A stretch of DNA of 49,888 bases, filler included, from Streblomastix strix (taxonomy: Eukaryota): assembly GCA_008636045.1 (NCBI GenBank). It is 3 parts of 3 records of this genome, joined end to end, with 100 filler letters (N's around TTAATTAATTAA, not from the genome) between each part and the next. Parts side by side here need not be neighbours in the genome. Positions count along the whole stretch, not along the records: positions 16,666 to 33,228 come from SNRW01000794.1; 2 more parts are not named here. One strand, written 5' to 3'. This document shows, piece by piece, positions 19,644 through 29,559 of this stretch; within the stretch, counting starts at the first letter, position 1, and every line of letters starts with the position of its first letter. The notes under the pieces are model-generated. The model was not told the DNA's origin. It did not search any database and was given only the letters and a program-made list of their open reading frames with translations. The position numbers and the translations under genes were made by a program.

Positions 19644-20417
19644 TCAGATTACTCGTACAACTGTTCCATCATTATTATACTGAACCAATAATGCTTCTCG
19701 TTTACCTAACTACACATACTCATTCCATAATGTTTCTTTATCTAACGGAAGACTCGATTAATAGAAGAATAAATTGAATTTTTATCTATTGAATCCACCG
19801 AAAAAGTATATTGTATCAACATTAGATTTAATACTAGCATCCAATCCAATTATATCTTACAAGCATAGGAAGTAAGTGATTCTTGGCTATCTATTTTTGA
19901 ATAGTTTCTTGTATAATGGATTGTTTTTATTTTTGAAGATACTCATAGCATCATCGAATAAAACGATTGTATGTGGAAATTTGATTGAAAAATCCTTTGC
20001 TCCAATGTGAGATAATATGTCTTTTTTAGATTCTTCTTTCATTTATTTCTCTAACTTATATTCATTTACTTCATCATATGCTTTCTTACATTCGATCAAT
20101 TCATCTAATGCTTCATTCACTTCTGCATATGGAACTAATTTTGTAGGAATAGTTATTAAATCTTTCATTTTCTTATAGGTTATATCATTATTGCTATCAG
20201 TAACATACACAAATAGTGTGTAACATTTATTAGGCAATTAGCTTAATTTGATTAGCTCTTTGAAAACATTATATGACTTACCACTTCCACGCTATCCTAT
20301 AAGTAAGTTGATAGAATTATATGAAAAATTTAGCTCTTTATGAATGACTGACTACACTTCATGTTTATTTGTTTTTTATTTGCTAAGTAATTGATCTACG
20401 TATGCTGTCAAGGACAT
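19644..20417 (-). CDS. A32/FtsK-HerA-type genome packaging ATPase (257 aa)
   Basis: Walker A LLIGQRGSGKS, Walker B IVLFDDAM, and the Arg-finger/Gln region KNRQPRITYFLCLQ..LDASIKSNVD typical of Polinton/poxvirus A32 ATPases. Confidence 0.9.
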
Positions 20418-20469
20418 TTGTTTGTTATTAATTATTTCATTCGGTTATGAACGTTTTCTTATTACCAAA

Positions 20470-21840
20470 ATGAGTCTTCAAGAATAGATTATACAAATGA
20501 ATAAAGAGATTAATGATATAAAACGATAAGTTATTGGTAATGAAGAGTACACTAATGATTTGGTCGAAAGTGAAAAAGAGATAATAGAATAGCATAAACA
20601 CAGATGTCGTAAATCTGCTTAGGAATAATATGATATGTTAGATGAAATTGTTAGAGGCTTTAGAATATTAAAGAAGTATTGGGACTAAGTTGCAGAATCA
20701 GAACAACAATCTGTATAGCAAACTATTCAAAATCAATTAATTGCTCCAAATCCTTTATAAACTTATATTGCTAGATAATCTCCAATAATTACTTTAAATC
20801 CGCTAGTATAATTACACTAACCTTAATAAACTATTGGATCTGTAATTGAATAACCAATTTAGTTATCAACATAATATCCAAGAGAATAATTTATAGAATA
20901 AGTATAATAACCAACTTTTATCTAAAACCAAAACATGGCTGAAGTGTAACAAGAATCTAAGTTCGCGTAATACTTGTTGAAAAAATAAGCTCCATTATCC
21001 GAATAAAAACTTATTAAGAAGGCTGCTCAAAAGGAGAGACTTGCATAAGGTCGTATTAAACATGCAACAGGACTAAATGCAAAATAATTGTAAGCATTAA
21101 TTGGAATATTAAATGTTAAACAGAATCTACATAAAGATATGAAATATAACTAAGAATTGAGAACTATTCCATCAGGTGAAGCGTATATTAGTGGCAAAAA
21201 AGGAATGTAAGGATATACTATGAGGATGGTTGATCCAGATGGTTAAGGTCCTCTACCTGAATTCGCTACTGTTTATACAAATAAAGGAAAATTATATTCT
21301 ATGGGAGGATACATTCCAAAAGATGAAAGTAAATATGATAAATATAGAGAATAATATATAGCTAGTGCACCAAAAGGATAGCGTAAAAATACTAAATTCT
21401 TCAATTTCATGGAAGGTAAGGAAGTTCCAGTTGGAGCAAAGCATAAAGATGGTAGTTATAATACGAAATAATTCTAACAATTAGTTCCAAAAAATCATTT
21501 CTTAGCTACCTACATTCCCACTATTGCTTAAGAATATAGAGATAATAATCAAATAGAAAAATGGGGAAGAGGAGAGTATATGGCTGCTGCATAAGCTACA
21601 TGGAGAGAAGTTTTAAGAGAAATCTTTAAGACAATTGATCCATAATAAAATTGGTCAAATAATGATATATTAAAATAAGGTGCAACAGCTTTCAAGAAAT
21701 AAATTGCATAGGTCTATTTTACATAAGTTAGCACAGATGAAGAAGCATTCGCAACAGGAGTCGAACAATTATATAATTAATATGCACCTGCAGCAATAAA
21801 TGAAGCTAAAAGAAGATAAGGAGTAATGTAATTAGATTGA
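20470..21840 (+). CDS. 456-aa hypothetical protein (coiled coil, Q/P-rich linker, basic C-terminal half)
   Basis: Uninterrupted ATG..TGA frame in table 6, divergently transcribed from the ATPase across a 52-nt gap. Confidence 0.7.
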
Positions 21841-21901
21841 GCGATGTAATAAGATTGATAATGAATGGGTTGATCACTTAATTAATTTTTGTTCAATCAA
21901 A

Positions 21902-24900
21902 ATGACTCGAACGAAGATATCAATTGCAGAAGTAAGCAGACTCCTCTAATTGTATGATCCAAATGCGAACATGGAAATAAATGATAATTAAAAGAGATCA
22001 ATTCTAAGTTCTATACTGACTAAGATCGGATTCTATGGCTAGCGTAATAACGTTAATGCTGTGGAATAAGCAATCAAAGCAGTAGTTTCACGTAACTTAT
22101 TTATGAAACAATCCAATGCTGCAACTGTTATATAAAATCGTGTTCGAAAGTGGTTCAATTAACGAGAACAATAACGATAAAATGAATAAATATAATTAGA
22201 ATAAAGATAGTAATAACTTGAGCAACAGAGATAGTAGGATATTTAAGAATTACGATAAGAGTTTGATGCAGATGTATTAGATGAAGATGGAATATTTGAT
22301 GCCGAAAAATATAGAAATAAATAACATTAATTGAGAAGAGATGAATAAAATATAAGAAGAAATGAATAAAATTAGCGTAATGGAATGGAAAAGGAAGATC
22401 AGTAAACAAAACATCGAAACTTCATTGAAGAATTACATAATGTTCCTGATATGGATATAGATGTATTATTCGAAACAAATTAATATGAAATTAGCGATTA
22501 CATTAGAGTACATGAGAAATATAAGTATCACTAAGTCGATGCAGAAAATGATGTGATTATGTTATGTGACGCATAGAATGAAGAGTAATTCAATAGGATT
22601 AAGATTCAAGCACTATAGAGGTTTGATAAAGAAACAGCAACTCTAAAGTATAGTACATATGATTAATTTAATGAAAATAAATAGAAACCAATTAAATAGT
22701 ATTACGATAATGTGTCTTCGCTCGAGGATATAGATAATCTCTTGGATACCGCATATAAAAGATAGAGAGAATAAGTTTTTAAATTAGCTGTTGATTTTGG
22801 AGTGATTATTGAAAAAGTTGATGGTAATGCAGAATCATAAACAATAAAATATAAATATCTACTTCCCATTGATGCGAACTCCGAAAGAAGAGTTCCGTTA
22901 GAGATCCGATCAGAGCACAGCATTAGCTTATATAAATAATACCTTCGTACAGTAATAGGGACGATGTAAGAAAGAACTAATACAGACACTCATGAAAAAA
23001 TAATAGCTATATTCTCAGTAATGTTCTTCATATTTCAATACCCATTAGCAGATGCAGCTATTCCTTCATTAAAGTAACACTTCAAAAGAAGAGAGATTTA
23101 TTATGTAGATTGTAAAGTGAATTTATGCTTCTGGACTGCTTATTCATTCATAACGATGCCTAATTCAAAAGAGAAACGATGGAAGGATTGTTCTAGAATC
23201 GCTGAAGCAAAGCGTATATTTTCAAGAGTAAATGAAGTGGAGTTTCGAGATAATTATTAAGGATTCGATTTTGTGAATGATATTGATAACTTTATTAATA
23301 AAGAATAAATTAATGTACACATGTATACATACTCTGATAGTCCACCTCGTTACGAAAAAACATAAAATTATATAGTCAATGGATCAGACAAACAGTTTAA
23401 TATCTTATTCATTAATGATGGAATCAATGCTCATATAATGTACATATCTGATGTAGAAGCATTAACTGGATTCCGTTACTGTAATATATGCCACAGATAA
23501 GCATTTAGAATCAAAGACCCAAATCTATAAGTATCAATGAGAAATCACATGAAAAAATGTCAAAAGAATAATGGAAAAATAGTTAAAAAGGTAATTCTAG
23601 AAAAATTTGCGAAACCGTTTGTTCCACATATATTATCTAACAAGACTTATAAGTACTTATTAGCGAATAATCTAACTCATTTGTTCAAGCCTACGCAATA
23701 CTATATAACATATGATATTGAAACATTAGTGAAAAAAGTTAATGAAAAATTCGGTGATAGTTCATAGGTTATTGCTACGTTAGTTCCATATGCTATCGCA
23801 TCAACAGTCAAATCTGCTAGCGGTATTCATTCATTTTATTACGATATTCGTACTGATGATTTCTTAGATAAATGGTTAGAGTAACTATTCGAAGAAGCTA
23901 AGTAAGTAAAAAAAGATAATAAATACTAAGATGAGACAATACCATAGTACTTTGAAGTACCTGTTATCGGGTTTAATTCAGCAAAATTTGATACATCACT
24001 TGTATTTAAGAATTTGAAATCAAAAGATTGGACTATCTCGAAATATTTGGGCTCAACATTAATAGCAAAACAGATAATAGTGAAACATAAGTAATTTGGA
24101 ATTTAATTAAGATTCGTTGATTTTAAAATTTATACTACTCATAACCGATTAAAAGATGCTGTAAGAGATCTTGGGAATGGATCATATAAGAAAGGTAAGT
24201 TTCCTCATGAGTTTATAAACATCAATAATTACATGGAAGAATTAAATAAAAGTGAACCATTTCCGATAGAAGCATTCGACAATCAATTGCGAAATAAGAA
24301 GCTCAGTGAAGATAAGTATAAAGAGTATCTGGTCGAAGCAGCTAAGTTCAAAACACGATGGGATTACTTGAAGCATTATAACATATTAGATACTAGAATA
24401 TTAATTGAACCTATTGATTTCTTGATTAATCTCATGTTTAGGTACAAAGTTGATATGTTAAGTAATATATCAATGGCTTAGTGCGCTAATGCTATCAAAT
24501 ATGCTATGTGTTATAACGATTTTGATATTAATGGAGATTATAATTCAGAATCAACTGATAAATCTATAGAAATAACGTTATGTTATTGGAAAGCAAAAGT
24601 AGAAAGTTATATCGAATAAGATACTAAAAAAGGTAGAGATTCTAGCAATAATGTAACGATTGATAATTATGATTATTTTAAATAATTATTCAAGAATTAA
24701 CGTTGTCACATATGCAATGCTCGATTTACATGGAAGAATCGTCCTACACTTGATAGGATAGATAATAAATTGGGTCATTCAAAAGATAATGTGATTCCAT
24801 GCTGTTTGTACTGTAATGTATGTAAAGCTAATCGTGATGAAAACTAAATGAAATTAATGATTCAATTAAGGAAATATGCTTTATTTAAACAATTACCTAT

Positions 24901-26425
24901 GACGTTGTTTAGTGATGATGGATATCAACTATTGCGTAAAGGTATTACAAGAAGTATATCAAATGTGATGCATCGATATAATATTGCTGGTGAAACTAGA
25001 ATCAATCATTATGAATATAATAAAGAAAATAAGTGTGTATATTCAGTTGATTCAGATTATGTGATGACTCATGTAGTTTAGTTAGATTTTCATAGCTAAT
25101 ATCCTAGTGTTATGAGCGGTGAACCGAATGCGTTAAATCCTTACACCTGTAACACAATATTTATGCCAGCATAATTGATTGAAAGAATAACTGATTAAGA
25201 TAGATGTAGATAATTGATATATGATACAAACAGATTCTCGAATGATGCAAATGTGGTTGATTAGATGTATTTATTTGTTGCAGAAATGAAAGGTCATATT
25301 GATGAAAATTATTTAAATGATGTGATTAATTGGGCTCCAATTCTAAGAAATATTGATATCACAACTAATAAGGAGACAATTGGAGAATTTATGTATAATC
25401 ATCTAGTTGAACATAAACTTCCTCACGATATTGTGGAACGAAAATTAACAAATTTAGTTGATACGAATAATGAAATAATGAGTTTTAATAATTATTATCT
25501 GTGGTTATTGATAGACACATGTCACTTTATTATTGACGAGATTGTTAGTATAACAATATTTACGAAACATAATAATTTCAATTCTTTTGTTAAGGAATTT
25601 ATGAGAATAAGATAGTAAGCAAAAGATGATAAGAATGACGGTTTAGCATAATTTGCAAAAATAGTATTGAATTCAGCATTCGGAGGCGATTGTTTGAATA
25701 GTGAAAAGTACTCTAATACTAAACTGCTATCGTCTGAACGAACGTTTTTATAGCACATGATGTAAGGCTTCATTAATTCAACTGAATTAAATGATGATTT
25801 ATATGCTATGTAAGTGGATAAGGAAAACTGTCATTGCAATACATGTTTGTAGGTTGCTTACTTTGTGCTTGATTCAGCTAAGTTTTGGTACGTTAATTTT
25901 ATATATAATTTCATGTATAAAGCATATAACATGAGTAAGATGCACTTCGTTTAGTGTGATACGGATAGTTTGACATGGGCAATTAGTGGTGATTCAAATC
26001 GTGGTCCTGATTAGTTGTTTGATGCCGTCATAAAAGATTAATAATATTATGATACTTATAAAGATAGTGTATATTGTGCTAATGGATAAAAATAGATATT
26101 GCATATAGGTGTGGAAAAATATGGATTGAACTGTATTGCTTTATCTCCAAAAAATTACATAATTAATGATGAGATTGTTTTGAAAGGCGTTATATTGAAT
26201 TAAAATCCATAGATCAATGAACAAACGTTCGTGGATTGTATTAACAAAGGAACAGTAACGACTGCTATTAACACAACGTTAGCGTAAAGGAAAGGTGTTA
26301 TGAGCAGGTTATAGATGAGTCGAAATGCAATAACTGGGTCGATGACGAAAATGATAGTACTTCCGAATCAATCTTGCTTGCCTTTTATCAGTAATATCAG
26401 TGCTGATAAATATTTTGTTAAATGA
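21902..26425 (+). CDS. polB: Protein-primed family B DNA polymerase (1507 aa) with long N-terminal extension and internal HNH-like Zn module
   Basis: ExoI YDIETL, ExoII GFNSAKFD, KGKFPHEF, ExoIII HYNILDT, Pol A LDFHSQYPS, Pol B KIVLNSAFG, Pol C CDTDS, and ALSPKNY..LKGV. The ORF-track fragments at 23537, 24233, 24848 and 25265 are all in this frame. Confidence 0.93.
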
Positions 26426-26464
26426 TTTATTCGTATACTTATTTATTTTTTTATCCGAAAAAAA

Positions 26465-27060
26465 ATGACAACAGAATCAGAAGTGTAAGTTAATCAAGTT
26501 GGAAAATTTGTTCCATTAGTGGCAAACGAATAATTTGAAATCAATGACATATACCCGCATCAGATTCGACGAATTGATAATTAATTCTAACCAAATTCAT
26601 TTATTGATAATGGATATTATTGCGTAAATCTTAATGGAAAAAATATTCATTACATAGACTTATTGCATAAAACTTTATTCCAAATCCTGATAATCTTCCT
26701 TAGATTGATCATATAAATCGTGATAAATCTGATTATCATATTAGTAATCTTAGATGGATAACTGCATCAAATAACCAGAGAAATAAATCATCATCTAAAA
26801 ATATTGAATATACTTACATAGACACTTTGTCAGAAGAAGCTATTGTGGTGAATGATTATGGAAAATATAGATTCGAGTTTTACTATTATGATCATGAAAC
26901 TGATGAATTTTATTATTTTAACGGAAGATAATATAGATAGTTACATGTGAATGAGATGAAGAAATCAGGTTCGTTATATGTTTGTATGATGAATACAAAT
27001 GACAAATAAGTAAAAGTATATTTAAACTAGTTCAAAAAATTATATGAAATCGAGTTTTGA
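26465..27060 (+). pseudogene. HNH homing-type endonuclease with a one-base frameshift at the A-run 26638-26643
   Basis: GYYCVNLNGK in one frame, then KYSLHRLIAQNFIPNPDNLPQIDHINRDKSDYHISNLRW..NQRN in the -1 frame. Could be a sequencing error. Confidence 0.8.
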
Positions 27061-27085
27061 TTAATTTATTTTTCCATTAATGAAA

Positions 27086-27427
27086 ATGAGCAAATAAGAA
27101 AAATAAGATGAAGTCACTAATAAACTGAAATAATGTATAAGAGAAATGCAAGAAACGCGAGCTTTATTTAATTTATCGATGCATTTATAATCAATACTTG
27201 ATAGTTTGAATTAGCATTCGGAATAATTAGATGCAAAAAAGACAGAATAAAAATAAAGCAAATCCATGTAAAAATTATTGAAATAAAAATTAGAGAAAGA
27301 AATAACTGACATAAATGTTGAGAATACTAATTAAAACAGATTACATAACGTATTAGAGGATTATAGTGATGCACGAAATAACTATAAAGATGAATTAGAA
27401 TAAATTGTTGAGAAAATTGATGGATGA
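27086..27427 (+). CDS. 113-aa coiled-coil hypothetical protein
   Basis: ATG..TGA ORF with the upstream motif; an alternative in-frame ATG lies at 27080. Confidence 0.6.
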
Positions 27428-27452
27428 ATGACTTATTTTTGCTCTAATCAAA

Positions 27453-27605
27453 ATGCCATTTGAATCACTATTCGAACCATTAACTGCTAATATTACTGTC
27501 GTTATTGATGCTCTTGAACAGCTCCATATTGATTGGAAAAGTATCTGGAAAATCATCTACGAAGCAGGTATAAAATACGCTTGTGAATCTAAACTCTGCA
27601 GGTGA
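27453..27605 (+). CDS. 50-aa conserved microprotein (..IDWKSIWKIIYEAGIKYACESKLCR)
   Basis: Has the upstream motif and a clear homologue at 29434-29559 on the opposite strand. Confidence 0.75.
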   Translation: MPFESLFEPLTANITVVIDALEQLHIDWKSIWKIIYEAGIKYACESKLCR

Positions 27606-27630
27606 AGTATATGATTATTTTTGATATTAA

Positions 27631-28775
27631 ATGAATAGGGATCACTTTACATAAGCTCAATAAGATAAAGTATATTAACTGTTATTATAAAGTTATGATT
27701 AAACTGATCAACAGATTAGTGAAGCAGCAATAAATATGCCAAACTAATTAACACATTTAGCGAGATCTAGCAATGGGGGAATAATGAAAATTGCATAGTT
27801 TGTTTCAAATATGAAAATAAGTCCGAGTAGACCTGAGTAAGATGCGCTAATTAATAGAGCTGATGAAATATAATTAGGCGGGAAAAGTATTAGTGAATGG
27901 TACTAAATCTATATAGCTGAAGCACAATAATATAATGGACCAAAAAGATTTACTAGAACAATTCGATAATAATAAGATAATTAAATATAGAATATAAATT
28001 AATAAATTTCATTATTTCCATTCAAATCAAAGGTCAAATAATATGAAAAAATTAATAAAGAAAGAGTAACAAAACCAACATAAATCAAAGACGCTAAAGT
28101 GAAACCATTAAACAAGCTCTAACGTCCATACTTCTCGCCAAAACTTGGATCTTGGGAAATTGATCTTGTATTTGGTGTGAATCCTATAACACGAAGAAAT
28201 TAGTAATATTTATTTGCAATCAACATTAATACAAAATATTTAGTGGTCATACCTATGATTGAGAAGAGTGCAGCTTAAATAAAACTTGCATTAAAGAAGC
28301 TAATTAGTTAAGTATACGTCAATAACATTCGAGGAGATGGAGAAACAGGTTTTAAAGCTAATATTATTAAAGAGTTTTGTAATTATAGTAACACATCACT
28401 GTTTTTTACATCATCTAGTTTCACATAGCATAGCAGAATTGTTGATAGTGTTATTCGAACAATAAGAAATGGATTTGGATAAGATTTATTAGGATTCGCA
28501 ACTCCAAATAAGATGTAATAAATAGTAGAAATATACAATAAAACTCCTCATCTTGCTTATCGAAATATGTTCACACCTTAATAAATATAGTTGAATAGGG
28601 ATCTTGAGGGGAAGTTCATAAGATAAAAAAAAGCACAAACGGAATAGATAATTTTAAATCAATAACGAGAAAACTTATTCAATTTCAATAGTGGAAATAT
28701 ATTGATGATTCATGCTGATTTTTCAAGGACTAACATAAGGTTCTAAAAGTAAAGACGTTAATTCAATGAGTTAGC
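27631..28775 (+). CDS. rve-superfamily (Polinton c-integrase-like) integrase, 3' end interrupted by the mini-element
   Basis: GSWEIDLVF..YLFAININTKYLVVIP..IRGDGETGF..RIVDSVIRTIRN..YNKTPH follows the rve core layout. The frame runs into the TIR at 28776 with no TGA. Confidence 0.82.
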
Positions 28776-29199
28776 AGTAGTATAGTCCCGCGAATCTTGC
28801 GCTCAAAATAGTTAAATTAATAGGTAAACTTATCCATTAAGGCCTCGAAAGCGTGGTAAAACAAAGGAAAAGAACTAATTCTTGAATAATTATACCTTGT
28901 TTTTATTTATTTCGTGGGGATATAATATTTAACCGTTACTTTATGGACTGATTTCTCCATTGTTTTATCTAAAATGGCCGCTAATTTTATTTTTTTTCTC
29001 CAATTAACGTTATTTTATGGGGAGAAATGAATTACTGTCGAGATACCAAGCTGTGAGACGAAGCAATGTGGGGACAAAGGTATAATTATTCAAGAATTAG
29101 TTCTTTTCCTTTGTTTTACCACGCTTTCGAGGCCTTAATGGATAAGTTTACCTATTAATTTAACTATTTTGAGCGCAAGATTCGCGGGACTATACTACT
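28776..29199. mobile_element. 424-bp non-autonomous element with perfect 123-bp terminal inverted repeats (28776-28898 and 29077-29199)
   Basis: AGTAGTATAGTCCCGCGAATC...TATACCTT is the exact reverse complement of AAGGTATA...GATTCGCGGGACTATACTACT. Confidence 0.9.
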
Positions 29200-29260
29200 T
29201 TTTTCTGGCTATAATTACTGTGTTAGAGCTGCAATTGATGTTTAGATCAACCCCCAACTA

Positions 29261-29405
29261 TTTTGAAAAATAAAAGGTTGGTGCAATCTGCCTTCTAGCC
29301 CCAGAATTATGGTAAAAATTTGATGTAAAATTAACCTCGGTCAAACTAAAAATAATTTTGAAAAAATAAACAGAGGTGCAATCTACCTTCTAGCCCTAAA
29401 ATTAG
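29261..29405. repeat. Two ~50-bp imperfect direct repeats (TTTTGAAAAA..GGTGCAATCTRCCTTCTAGCCC..AATTA)
   Basis: Copies at ~29261-29310 and ~29356-29405, followed by (CGTTTAAATTAA)x2. Confidence 0.8.
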
Positions 29406-29433
29406 CGTTTAAATTAACGTTTAAATTAATTTT

Positions 29434-29559
29434 TCAAACTTTACATATCTTACTTTCACAAGCATATTTTATAGCTGCCTCCCATATCGTTTTGAAGATA
29501 GAGTGCCAGTTAATACCTAATTATTCCTCGATTAAATAAATTGTGTCATTCATCGGCAT
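29434..29559 (-). CDS. 41-aa microprotein (..INWHSIFKTIWEAAIKYACESKICKV), homologue of 27453-27605
   Basis: Shares W.SI.K.I.EA.IKYACESK.C. Its start overlaps the 3' end of the second pPolB. Confidence 0.72.

Larger units (their letters stand above)
16666..28775 (+). mobile_element. Polinton/Maverick-like endogenous viral element A (partial)
   Basis: Intronless, tightly packed genes including pPolB, packaging ATPase, rve integrase, KilA-N, HNH and capsid candidates. pPolB + integrase + ATPase is the canonical Polinton core. Confidence 0.88.

Noticed and set aside
24700..24835. Intein or self-splicing intron in pPolB
   Set aside because: No C/S..HN-C/S/T splice motifs recognised; the insert is short and conserved in frame in both polymerases.
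29261..29405. CRISPR-like repeat-spacer array
   Set aside because: Only two imperfect repeats, eukaryotic context and no cas genes.
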